The notes under the pieces: model-generated
What the model was told of the DNA's origin: nothing
The model's database searches: none
The model's input: the letters and a program-made list of their open reading frames with translations, nothing else
Translations under genes and position numbers: made by a program
Assembly (NCBI GenBank): GCA_965237955.1
Contig: OZ250169.1
Coordinates: 2,112,001-2,176,000, forward strand
Direction of reading: 5' to 3'
DNA from: Candidatus Marinacidobacterales bacterium
GTDB taxonomy: Bacteria; Acidobacteriota; Vicinamibacteria; Marinacidobacterales; SMYC01
DNA length: 64,000 nucleotides
Shown here: positions 39,156-48,589 of the stretch, piece after piece
How positions within the stretch are numbered: the stretch's first letter is position 1
Layout: each line of letters starts with the position of its first letter

Positions 39156-39953
39156 TCACATCGGACCGGAGATACCGCCATCCTTGCGGATTCTCCAGAA
39201 GTGAACCGTCATGAGGAATGCTGCAGCTAGAGGCAGCCCCACGCAGTGCAATACGTAGAAGCGCAACAGCGTGTTCTCACCGACCGAGCGCGCTCCCAAA
39301 AGCGCGAACCGGGCGTCGTTGCCCGAGTTGATGAGGTTGATGTCGCCAAGTTTCAAGGCCGCGGTTAGCGGCCCCTCCGTTCCTAGAAGCGGTGTCGCCC
39401 GCGCCATGTTGGATCCGACGGTAATGGCCCAGATCGCCAGCTGGTCCCAGGGAAGAAGATAGCCGGTGAACGAGAGCAAGAGAGTGAGCACGAGAAGAAT
39501 GACTCCCACGCCCCAGTTGAACTCGCGGGGTGGCTTGTACGATCCGGTCATGAACACGCGGAACATGTGCAGCCACACGGTGATCACCATCGCATGCGCG
39601 CCCCACCGATGGAGCTCGCGCATCACGCCGAGAGGAACGTGCTCGCCGAGATCGATGATGTCGGCGTAGGCGTATTCCACCGTCGGCCGGTAGTAGAACA
39701 TCAACAACAGCCCGGTGAACGTGAGCACGAGAAACAGAAAGAAGGTGATGCCGCCCATGCACCAGGTGTAGCGAAGCTTGATACCAGCCTTGCGCGACTT
39801 CACCGGGTGTAAATGGAGGAACACGTTCGACATCATCACCAGCACGCGGTTGCGGTTGCTGGTGACGGCACCGTGCCGGAAGACGGACTTCCAGATCTGA
39901 GACTCCGTCGTCTCATCCCACGCACTGCTCAATGCGTTCAGAACCTTCTGCAC
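39156..39953 (-). CDS. qcrB: Cytochrome b6-like subunit
   Basis: [38 protein letters not shown] heme ligands. Confidence 0.93.
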   Translation of the reverse strand: MQKVLNALSSAWDETTESQIWKSVFRHGAVTSNRNRVLVMMSNVFLHLHPVKSRKAGIKLRYTWCMGGITFFLFLVLTFTGLLLMFYYRPTVEYAYADIIDLGEHVPLGVMRELHRWGAHAMVITVWLHMFRVFMTGSYKPPREFNWGVGVILLVLTLLLSFTGYLLPWDQLAIWAITVGSNMARATPLLGTEGPLTAALKLGDINLINSGNDARFALLGARSVGENTLLRFYVLHCVGLPLAAAFLMTVHFWRIRKDGGISGPM

Positions 39954-39994
39954 CGATTCGACTCCTCGTTAACGAAGTGGGGCTTTCTGGAAAT

Positions 39995-40552
39995 TTACCC
40001 GAGCCCCAGGAAGGACTCGGGATCGCTCCACTGCCCCGCCTCTTGTTTGTAGATGCGGCTCTTGTCGATGAGCACCTGCCCGTCTTCGGCGAGCACGATG
40101 CGGTGCCGCTCCAGAGGACGAGGCGCCGGCCCCTCGAAGTTGATACCCGACATGTAGAAACCGCTACCGTGACAGGGGCACTTGAACTTGTTCTCCGCGT
40201 CGAGCCAGTTCGGAGTGCACCCCAAGTGGGTGCAAATCGTCGACAGCGCGTACATGCCTTCTTCGTTTCTTACGATCCACACGCGGTACCCTTCCTTGAA
40301 GCGCGTGTCCACGACACCGATAGCGAAGTCGGTGGGGAAACCGGCCTTGAAGCTGGACGGGGGCTCGGTGAGCACGTTCGGAAACATGAACCGGCCCGTC
40401 GCGGTGAGTCCCGCGCCTGCCGCGGCCGCGAAGAAAGTCCATCCGAGAGCGAGCCAATTGAACCCGCGCCTCGTGACTTCTTTCTTCTTGACTGCCTTTT
40501 TGGCAGCGGGTTTTTCGCCCTCTTCGGTACTTTTTTTCTCTTCTTCAGCCAT
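39995..40552 (-). CDS. qcrA: Rieske iron-sulfur subunit
   Basis: Tat motif TRRGF; CTHLGC and CPCHGS; GPAPRPL. Confidence 0.96.
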   Translation of the reverse strand: MAEEEKKSTEEGEKPAAKKAVKKKEVTRRGFNWLALGWTFFAAAAGAGLTATGRFMFPNVLTEPPSSFKAGFPTDFAIGVVDTRFKEGYRVWIVRNEEGMYALSTICTHLGCTPNWLDAENKFKCPCHGSGFYMSGINFEGPAPRPLERHRIVLAEDGQVLIDKSRIYKQEAGQWSDPESFLGLG

Positions 40553-40670
40553 ACGTCTACCTTGGTTCGAGCGTGTCTTCGGGATTTCCCGGGGGATTTC
40601 CTTGCGTCGAACGGTCTTTGGCTGCCCACGTCAGGGGCTCGTACGAGAACCACCTGCATCTAAACGATCT

Positions 40671-40700
40671 ATTGTATTCGCCGTCACCGAAAGGTGTCAA
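40671..40700 (-). promoter_or_regulatory. Sigma70-type promoter for the respiratory cluster
   Basis: TTGACA-N18-TACAAT on the minus strand about 120 nt before the Rieske start. Confidence 0.65.
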
Positions 40701-40748
40701 GACTCGAACGAAGCGCCGGCATCGGCAAACGATTGAAAATCAACGATT

Positions 40749-41657
40749 TTAGGGAACAGACATTTTCTCCGATTTTTGTGAATCCTCGAGTGCCGATAGC
40801 GCCGCCTCCCGAATCACGAGGTTGGGATGCCCGTCCGCAATGCTCCGAAGCTTCACCGTCAGCGTCTCGCTTCGAAGGAGTGCCGATGCCTTGATGGCGC
40901 TTTCCGTGGCAAGAGCCCTCTGGCGCTCGTCCATTTCGGCAACACATTGCAGAAACTCATGGTCGAGCATCTGGAGAAGCTGCCTCTCGCCCGACCCATC
41001 GTCCAACTGAGCCAGCGCCACCGCCGCGTTCCACGAAACGTCGCGCACGGGATCGGACAGGGCAATCTGAAGGCGAGGGATTGCGCTTTCGTCACCAATG
41101 GCCCCGAGCGCGTAGATGGCGATTTTCCGGACCCCGGGGTCATCATCGCCGACGCGCTCGAGGAGTCCGGGCACCGCACGACGGTCGCCGATGTTACCGA
41201 GCGCCCAACCGGCATAGAGTCGCGTCGTCGGGTCACCATCACCGAGAGCTTTGACCAGAGTGGGCGTGGCCGTGTCGTCGCCCAGATGACCGAGAGAAAG
41301 GGCCAGGTAGTGTCGCACTCGTTCGTCGTCGGCGTCGTCAGCGGCTTGCTCGAACGCGGCGACCATCTCGGGAACGAGCCCTTCCATCCTCGCCTTTTCA
41401 GACTCCATGGTAATGATCTTCGACAACTCGAAAGCTGCCTGCCAGCGCCGGCTCTCGCTTCCGGCCCGGATCTCGTTCAAGTAGTCGACGCCCGTCTTGT
41501 CGTCCGACACGAGCCAGCCAAAGAAGAAGACGAGGCCCACGCACACCACCACCACGAACGCCGGGATCAGGAAAAACTGGAGGACGGTGCGGCCAAAATC
41601 GAGATCGTCGTCGAGCTCAGGCGGTGCGGGATTCTCGGGTGATTTCTCGTCCATCAT
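40749..41657 (-). CDS. Membrane-anchored HEAT repeat protein
   Basis: One TM helix then repeated L.D.D..VR..A..ALG motifs. Confidence 0.85.
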   Translation of the reverse strand: MMDEKSPENPAPPELDDDLDFGRTVLQFFLIPAFVVVVCVGLVFFFGWLVSDDKTGVDYLNEIRAGSESRRWQAAFELSKIITMESEKARMEGLVPEMVAAFEQAADDADDERVRHYLALSLGHLGDDTATPTLVKALGDGDPTTRLYAGWALGNIGDRRAVPGLLERVGDDDPGVRKIAIYALGAIGDESAIPRLQIALSDPVRDVSWNAAVALAQLDDGSGERQLLQMLDHEFLQCVAEMDERQRALATESAIKASALLRSETLTVKLRSIADGHPNLVIREAALSALEDSQKSEKMSVP

Positions 41658-41707
41658 TATTATAGGCGGGGAATCATATCATCGGTCTATGGGCGTTCTG
41701 TAGAGGC

Positions 41708-41892
41708 GCCGTGGACGTTCTCTCGAGGCGCCATCGGCCATCAGCCATCGGCCATCGGCCATCAGCAGGTCGAGTTGTAATCGCCTTAGGGCGGCACGCT
41801 CCGATCGCAACACCGCGCGCCGTCCGTGGTGAAAGCAACTCGAACCTGCTGACGGCCGACGGCTGATGGCGCCTCGAGAGAGCGTCCATGGC
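41708..41892. repeat. 185-bp palindrome with GCCATC(A/G) heptamer arms
   Basis: Left arm 41708-41777 with five heptamers; right arm 41836-41892 with three inverted heptamers. Confidence 0.9.
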
Positions 41893-41897
41893 TGCAA

Positions 41898-43679
41898 TCA
41901 AGAAGCTTTTTCCTCAATCTCCTGCTCTTTGTACTGCAGCTGATAAAGCTTGTAGTAGATGCCTCGTTCCGCGAGGAGCTCTTGGTGGGTGCCCACCTCG
42001 CGGACGCGGCCTTTGTGGAGGACGACGATGCGGTCCGCCTTTTGGATCGTCGACAGACGGTGGGCGATGACGATGCTCGTTCTCTCGGCGAGCAACCGCT
42101 CGAGTGCTTCGCGCACGAGAAGCTCCGTGTGCGTGTCCACGTTCGATGTCGCCTCGTCGAGGATCAGGATCTTCGGATCGTGGACGAGCGCGCGAGCGAA
42201 CGAAACGAGCTGTTTCTGCCCGGCCGAGAGCGACGATCCGCGTTCCTTAACCTCTTCTTCGAGCCCGTTCGGAAGCGTCGCCACCCACTCGTCCAGATTC
42301 ACCGCGGCGGCGGCAGCCGCCACCGCTTCGTCGGAAATACTTTCGTCGCCGAGCCGGATGTTCGACGCGATCGTGCCCGAGAACAGGTGTACATCCTGAA
42401 GCACCATCCCGAACTGACGCCTCAGATTTTCGAGGTCCCAATCGCGAACATCGACGCCTTCGACGAGGACGCGACCGTGCTGGACATCGTAGAACCGCAT
42501 GAGGAGGCTCATGAGCGTGGACTTCCCCGCCCCGGTGTGTCCGACGACCGCCACCATCTCGCCCGGGCGGACGTCCACATCGACGTCGCGCAGCACCCAG
42601 TCGTCGCCCTCGTACGCGAACGAAACAGTCTCGAAGCGCACGCTTGTGTCTTGACGTTCAGGCGTTACCGGGTTGTCGGGCGTTCGGATCTCGTCTTCGG
42701 TATCGAGAAGCCCGAAAATCCGCTCGGAAGACGCCATCGCTCCCTGGAGAATGTTGAACTTCTCCGAAAGATCGCTGATGGGCCGGAAGAACTTCTCGGA
42801 GTACTGGATAAAGGCCACGAGCCCACCGAGCGTCAACGCGCCGAGCAAGATCTGCCCGCCGCCGTACCACACGATGAGAGCAATCGCGACTGCACTCAGG
42901 ACCTCCACCACCGGGTAGAAAATCGAGTAGTGAAAGATGGTCTCGATGTTCGCTTCGGTGTGCTGGCGGTTGAGCTCGCTGTACTCCTCGAATTTCCGGT
43001 CTTCCTGGCGGAACAGCTGCACCACCGTCATGCCGACGACGTTTTCCTGGATGAAGGCGTTCAGCATGGCGATACGGGTCCGCACCTTGCGGTAGACGAC
43101 GCGCACTCGGCGTTTGAAGACCATGGCGACGGCGAACAGCGCAGGCAAAACCGCGAACGTCACGAGCGCAACACGCCAGTCGAGGTAGATGAGTACACCC
43201 ATGATGCCGACGAGCATGAAAATGTCGCCGAAGATCGTGACCACGCCCGACGTGAACAGCTCGTTGAGCGCATCGACGTCCGTGGTAACGCGGGTGACCA
43301 GACGTCCCACCGGATTCTTGTCGAAATACGCCGGGTGAAGCTGCTGCAGGTGCGAAAAGATCTCACGCCTCATGTCGGCCATGACTCGCTGCCCGGCCAT
43401 GTTCATGATGTAGATCTGAAAATACGAGGTCACGAACTGCGCCATGAGGGCAAGCACGTACACGAGCGCGATGAGATTCAACCCCCCGAGATCGCCGACG
43501 GCGATGTAGTCATCGATCGCGACTTTGGTCAGGATCGGCCCGACGAGCTTGAGCGCGGAGACCAACAGCACGAGGACGAGCGACACCGCCACCACGAGCT
43601 TGTACGGCGCCAGATACGCGAGCAGGCGCCGCATCAAGCGGCCGTCGTAGACTCTGCCTAGGACTTCTTCTTCGTGCAT
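41898..43679 (-). CDS. ABC exporter, fused permease/ATPase (half 2)
   Basis: TM domain; GHTGAGKS, LSAGQKQ, ILILDEATS, IAHRLST; ATG 43679. Confidence 0.95.
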   Translation of the reverse strand: MHEEEVLGRVYDGRLMRRLLAYLAPYKLVVAVSLVLVLLVSALKLVGPILTKVAIDDYIAVGDLGGLNLIALVYVLALMAQFVTSYFQIYIMNMAGQRVMADMRREIFSHLQQLHPAYFDKNPVGRLVTRVTTDVDALNELFTSGVVTIFGDIFMLVGIMGVLIYLDWRVALVTFAVLPALFAVAMVFKRRVRVVYRKVRTRIAMLNAFIQENVVGMTVVQLFRQEDRKFEEYSELNRQHTEANIETIFHYSIFYPVVEVLSAVAIALIVWYGGGQILLGALTLGGLVAFIQYSEKFFRPISDLSEKFNILQGAMASSERIFGLLDTEDEIRTPDNPVTPERQDTSVRFETVSFAYEGDDWVLRDVDVDVRPGEMVAVVGHTGAGKSTLMSLLMRFYDVQHGRVLVEGVDVRDWDLENLRRQFGMVLQDVHLFSGTIASNIRLGDESISDEAVAAAAAAVNLDEWVATLPNGLEEEVKERGSSLSAGQKQLVSFARALVHDPKILILDEATSNVDTHTELLVREALERLLAERTSIVIAHRLSTIQKADRIVVLHKGRVREVGTHQELLAERGIYYKLYQLQYKEQEIEEKAS

Positions 43680-43687
43680 ATCGGTGC

Positions 43688-43717
43688 GCCATCGGCCATC
43701 GGCCATCGGCCAGCAGC
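43688..43717 (+). repeat. GCCATCG heptamer tandem repeat
   Basis: Three perfect units plus gccagca between the two ABC genes. Confidence 0.85.
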
Positions 43718-43719
43718 TT

Positions 43720-45465
43720 TCAGCTCAGGTGCTCTAGCTCCTCCTCTAATAGCTGTTTTTCGTGGAGGCTTGCGTATAGGCCTCCGTTCGCTACTAGCTC
43801 GTCGTGGTTTCCCCTCTCGATGATGCGGCCTTCGTCTAGCACGCAGATCAGATCGGCGTTTTTGACGGTGCTGACGCGGTGCGACACGAGTAGCGTCGTT
43901 TTCGCCTTCATCACGTCGGCTAGCTGCGACAGGATTCGTTCTTCGGTCTCGGTATCCACCGCGGATAGGACGTCGTCGAGAATCAAGATCGGAGAATCCA
44001 CCAACAACGCTCGAGCGATGGTGGCACGTTGCCGCTGGCCGCCCGAAAGGGTGACGCCGCGCTCTCCCACCATCGTGTCGTAGCCTTGTGGAAACTCCGC
44101 AATATCCGTGTCCAAGCCGGCGAGCCGGGCCGCGCCGTCGACGTCCGCGTCCGACGCGCTCATACTCCCGAAAGCGATGTTGTCGCGAACCGACTCTGAG
44201 AAGAGAAAGGCATCTTGCGGCACGAAGCCAACGGCTTTGCGCACCGACTCGACCGGTAGCTCGCGCACGTCGAACCCGTCGATGAGTACCGAGCCCTCGG
44301 TCACGTCGTACAGCCTGGGAACGAGCCGGGTCAGCGTGCTCTTGCCCGCGCCGGTGCGGCCGACGAACGCGACCGTCTGCCCCGGCTCGATCGAGAGATC
44401 GATGTCTTTCAGCACACGATCCCCGTTGCCGCGTCCCGAATAACTGAAGTCGACACCGCGGAACTCAATACGACCCGAGAGCGTCGCCGGAAACAACCGA
44501 CCGGAGACCAGCTCGGGCTGCTCGTCGAGAATCGCCGTCAAACGCTTCATCGACGCCTCCCCGCGCTGGTAGATGTTGACCACCCAACCGAGCGCGATCA
44601 TGGGCCAGGTGAGAAGGTTCAAGTACGCGAAAAACGCGACGAACTCACCAAGCGATATCTGGCTTGCCACGACCATGCGCCCGCCCCACCACAATACGAG
44701 CGCAGTCCCGACACCGATGAGCGACGCCAGCATCGGATAGAACGCGCCCCACACTTTCACCAGCCGCATGTTCCGGGCGAAGTACTCGTCGTTCTCGGCT
44801 GCGAACTTCGCTCGCTGAGGATCCTCTTGCGCGTACGCCTTCACGACGCGCATGCCGGAGAGGTTTTCTTGTGCGAGCGCGGAGATGTCGCTCATTTTTT
44901 CTTGGATAGCCTGGAAACGCTTGTGGATGATCGAGCCGAATCTCTTTACCAGGATCGACACCACCGGCATCACCGCGAGCGCGACGAGCGTTAGCTGCCA
45001 GCTAATCGAGAACATGAACGCGAGCGCGCCGATGGTGATCACCAACGTCTCCGCCGGATACATGATGCCCGGGCCGAGCACCATACGCACCGCGGTAATA
45101 TCGTGCGAGGCGCGCGACATCAAATCCCCGGTCCGCCAGCGATGGAAAAACGACGGGCTCATCTTCTGAAGGTGGCCGAAGAAATCACCCCGCAAGTCGT
45201 ACTCGACCCGACGCGATACTCCGATGAGGAGCCGTCGCATCCAGAACCGGAAAAACCCTTCAACCGCCGCGATACCCACGATGAGGCTGGCGTAGAAGGC
45301 GAGCTTCTCCGACGTCACTTCGATGGTCAAATCGTCGATCGTGCGCTTGAGCACTTGCGGGGTCAGGACGGCGGCCGCTTTAGCGAGCACGAGCGCGAGC
45401 ATCCCGAAAGCCATCGGTCTCGGATGGCGCGCGATGTAAGGAAGAAGTCGACGAAGCTGCTTCAT
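43720..45465 (-). CDS. ABC exporter, fused permease/ATPase (half 1, degenerate Walker B)
   Basis: GRTGAGKS, LSGGQRQR, ILILDDVLSAVD; heterodimeric pair of MdlAB/YheIH type. Confidence 0.95.
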   Translation of the reverse strand: MKQLRRLLPYIARHPRPMAFGMLALVLAKAAAVLTPQVLKRTIDDLTIEVTSEKLAFYASLIVGIAAVEGFFRFWMRRLLIGVSRRVEYDLRGDFFGHLQKMSPSFFHRWRTGDLMSRASHDITAVRMVLGPGIMYPAETLVITIGALAFMFSISWQLTLVALAVMPVVSILVKRFGSIIHKRFQAIQEKMSDISALAQENLSGMRVVKAYAQEDPQRAKFAAENDEYFARNMRLVKVWGAFYPMLASLIGVGTALVLWWGGRMVVASQISLGEFVAFFAYLNLLTWPMIALGWVVNIYQRGEASMKRLTAILDEQPELVSGRLFPATLSGRIEFRGVDFSYSGRGNGDRVLKDIDLSIEPGQTVAFVGRTGAGKSTLTRLVPRLYDVTEGSVLIDGFDVRELPVESVRKAVGFVPQDAFLFSESVRDNIAFGSMSASDADVDGAARLAGLDTDIAEFPQGYDTMVGERGVTLSGGQRQRATIARALLVDSPILILDDVLSAVDTETEERILSQLADVMKAKTTLLVSHRVSTVKNADLICVLDEGRIIERGNHDELVANGGLYASLHEKQLLEEELEHLS

Positions 45466-45521
45466 TCAGGAATGTGCGAGGAAACGGGGCAAGGGTCCAT
45501 CAATTCCGAAGTATAGCAATT

Positions 45522-45944
45522 CGGGCAGGAATCGCAGGAAAGCAGGAACGCAGGAAGAACAAGAAGAGCAGGAAGGCTTCGCGTCGATTGCTTTGTTCCA
45601 GTCGTTTCATCGGGGCAGAGGTGGACAACGTGCTCGCGTGCGCGAGCCGGTCGCTAGCGGGTGGTCACGACGACGGTAGCAACAGAGTCGGATGCGTCGA
45701 TCTTCTTGGTGGAGTCCGTCTCGGGGTCGAGCTCTACGATCGTGATCGTGAACCCGTCGAGCGCTTGCTCGTCTTTGCCTCCGGTTGTCGTTTTTTCGGC
45801 AGGAAAGCAGGAATGTCAGGATGTTCCAGTCTTCGTTTTGCGTGGCGGCAGGAAAGCCAAAATGACACCGTCCTACCCTCGAGATTCCTGAATTCCTGCC
45901 TTTCCTGCGTTCCTGTGTTCCTGATTTTCCTGAATTCCTGCCCG
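45522..45944. repeat. 423-bp element bounded by inverted CAGGAA arrays
   Basis: Perfect terminal IR cgggcaggaat / attcctgcccg; arrays at about 45522-45574, 45798-45856 and inverted 45884-45944. Confidence 0.8.
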
Positions 45945-46010
45945 TGTTCTGTACTTGCTAATGGCACTACGTTCAGATAAAAGAACAACTTATTCCTGCA
46001 GGAGGCAATC

Positions 46011-46424
46011 ATGACTGCTGACGAGAATCTTCGGAAAGCGAAAGATATGTACGCAGCTTTTGATCGCGCTGAGATTGGAGCCATCATCAGTGGCCTGGCG
46101 GACAACGTCAAGTGGGGCACCAACACGACCGTCGAAAGCGACATTCCCTGGTTTGGCACCAAGAACGGACCCGCCGAGGTGGCCGAGGGGTTCTTTCAGG
46201 CCATCGTGGACACCTTGGACATAAAGCTGTTCGAGCGCAAGAGCTTCGTCGCGTCGGGGGACCAGGTCGCGGTCGCGTACCGCGTCGAGGGGACGTTCAA
46301 GAAAAACGGCAACGGCTACATCGACGAGGGGATGCACCTGTGGACGTTCGACGCCGACGGCAAAGTCGCGGAGTACGTCGCCTACAGCGATACCGCTGCG
46401 GTTCTGAAAGCGTGGACCGGCTGA
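46011..46424 (+). CDS. SnoaL/NTF2-like protein
   Basis: MYAAFDRAEI..LADNVKW..WFG..GPAEV..HLWTFDADGKV..YSDT. Confidence 0.88.
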   Translation: MTADENLRKAKDMYAAFDRAEIGAIISGLADNVKWGTNTTVESDIPWFGTKNGPAEVAEGFFQAIVDTLDIKLFERKSFVASGDQVAVAYRVEGTFKKNGNGYIDEGMHLWTFDADGKVAEYVAYSDTAAVLKAWTG

Positions 46425-46515
46425 TCCCTGCCGGTGCGATCGTCATCTTCGCCGAATCGGGATACTCTGTGTACTATTCGTCCCTTTTTGACGCGCCGCT
46501 CGAGTGCGGCTGAGG

Positions 46516-46560
46516 GCCTGAATGCCTGAATGCCTGAATGCCTGAATGCCTGAATGCCTG
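46516..46560 (+). repeat. GCCTGAAT octamer tandem repeat
   Basis: Five perfect units plus gcctg. Confidence 0.95.
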
Positions 46561-46838
46561 TGTCGAGCCGCAGGGCGGAGCCTGCTTTGGATTGCGAGTT
46601 GCCAACTGGGCCATCTCGAGTGAGCGTCCTGTCGCCGTTTTGCAAGGAGCCCCGACATTCTAGACACGGCCTCGTAGCGGCAGGACCTTTGCCGTTTTCG
46701 AGCCGACACGCTTAGGGTCCGCGAGCGCGGGATGTCGCTCTCGCGAGAATCGACTAGAATGGCAAACTTTGAGATGTCCTATTCTTTCTCTTTCCTCGAG
46801 CCCGTAGTAGCCGCGGCAGATCGAAAAGCAAAGTTGCT

Positions 46839-48575
46839 ATGAATGTCGAGTTGATCTCGGAAATGGCCTTTCACCTCATCGGTGGTCTCGGTATTTTTCT
46901 GCTCGGCATGAAGTATATGCAGCAGGGCCTCCAAGTCATCGCCGGCTCCAGGATAAGACGCATGATCAGCGTGGTCACGTCCAACCGGTTCCTGGCCGTC
47001 GGCATAGGGCTATTCGTCACCACCCTGGTTCAGTCGAGCTCGGTCACGTCCGTCATGGTGATTGGCCTCGTCAACAGTGAATTGATGGCTCTTACCGAAG
47101 CGATTGCCGTCATCATCGGAGCCAATATTGGAACAACGATCACCGGGTGGATACTGGCGCTGAAAATAGGCCAGTACGGTCTCCCGCTGCTCGGCATGGC
47201 TGCCTTCGGCTGGCTTTTCCTCAAGGGAGAAAAACTACGGTACTCAGCCCTCTCCGTGCTCGGGATTGGGATGGTCTTCTTCGGTTTGGAGATCATGAAG
47301 GACGGTTTCGGGCCGGTCAAAGACCTTCCGGACTTCGCGGCCCTGTTCCAGCTGTTCGAGGCTTCCGATTACGCGGGTGTCTTGAAATCGGCTCTCGTGG
47401 GCTGCGTGGTGACTCTCATCGTCCAATCTTCGTCGGCCACGTTGGGGATGACGATCGCTCTAGCCAACACGGGGGGGGTCGATTTTCAAACCGCGGGTGC
47501 TTTGGTTTTGGGGACGAACATTGGAACGACGATCACGGCTTTACTGGCGTCTTTGGGGGCGGACGATATCAACGCCAAACGTACCGCCTACTTTCACATA
47601 TTCTTCAACGTTACCGGCGTAGCCGCGGTCACGGCTCTCTTCCTTCCCGTCTATCTGCCTTTCATAGAGAACGTCGTTATCCGCGGCGTAGATCCTAATA
47701 TGCAAACGGCAGGAGGGACCTTTCCGTACATGACGGCGTCGATTGCCGCGGTACACACGGTGTTCAACGTCGTCACCGCGCTCTTGTTCATCCCTGTTGT
47801 TACACCCATCGCGAGCGCGCTCGAACGGCTCGTCAAATCAAAGCCCAGGGAAGAAAAGGTTCATTTGACGCATCTGGATTTTCATCTGGTGAGCTCCCCG
47901 TTGACGGCCATCGAGCAATCGCGCCATGAAATACAGCGAACCGATCAACACGTACGTGACATGCTGGACGATTTGCGTACCGTTATCACCGACGATAGCA
48001 CTGGCCGCGACGCGATCGACAAGGTCTTCGAGCGAGAACGCTTCATCGACGAGGTTCAAATCGAGGTCACGAGATTCCTGACCAAACTGCTTTCAGAAGA
48101 GTTGAGCTATAACGTCGCGAACGAGGCTCGGTCCCAGCTGCGATTGGCAGACGAGTTCGAGTCCGTGAGCGACTACGTCTCCAATGTCCTGAAGCTCTAC
48201 CTGCGATTGCGAGAAGCTGGCGTGGACCTGACCCTCCCCCAGCAAGAAGAACTACTGGGGCTACACGACTTGATTACCCGTTACTACGACCGCGTGCACG
48301 AGGGCGTGGGGGCGACCACGCCCGATGAATACCTGCCCAATATCCACAGGAACAGCCACGAGATCACCGCCGAAATCAGAGATTTGAGAGACCGCCATTG
48401 GAATCGATTGTCCGAGGAAACGGTCGATCCGTTAATCAGCACTACCTACATGGATATCGCCAACGCCTATCGCAGAATGAAGGATCACCTCGTGAACATC
48501 GGAGAAGCGGCAGTCGGCGGAAAATCGATTGCAAAACAGGAAATCGCTACTCCGGACGAAGTCGCAGCGGAGTGA
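46839..48575 (+). CDS. Na/Pi cotransporter family protein
   Basis: Two QSSS..GxNIGTT repeats; PhoU-like C-terminus. Confidence 0.93.
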   Translation: MNVELISEMAFHLIGGLGIFLLGMKYMQQGLQVIAGSRIRRMISVVTSNRFLAVGIGLFVTTLVQSSSVTSVMVIGLVNSELMALTEAIAVIIGANIGTTITGWILALKIGQYGLPLLGMAAFGWLFLKGEKLRYSALSVLGIGMVFFGLEIMKDGFGPVKDLPDFAALFQLFEASDYAGVLKSALVGCVVTLIVQSSSATLGMTIALANTGGVDFQTAGALVLGTNIGTTITALLASLGADDINAKRTAYFHIFFNVTGVAAVTALFLPVYLPFIENVVIRGVDPNMQTAGGTFPYMTASIAAVHTVFNVVTALLFIPVVTPIASALERLVKSKPREEKVHLTHLDFHLVSSPLTAIEQSRHEIQRTDQHVRDMLDDLRTVITDDSTGRDAIDKVFERERFIDEVQIEVTRFLTKLLSEELSYNVANEARSQLRLADEFESVSDYVSNVLKLYLRLREAGVDLTLPQQEELLGLHDLITRYYDRVHEGVGATTPDEYLPNIHRNSHEITAEIRDLRDRHWNRLSEETVDPLISTTYMDIANAYRRMKDHLVNIGEAAVGGKSIAKQEIATPDEVAAE

Positions 48576-48589
48576 AACCATTGCTTTCA

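Noticed and set aside
13970-46560. CRISPR array interpretation of the repeats
   Set aside because: Units are 7-9 nt, tandem or inverted, with no regular 25-45 nt repeat-spacer period and no cas genes.
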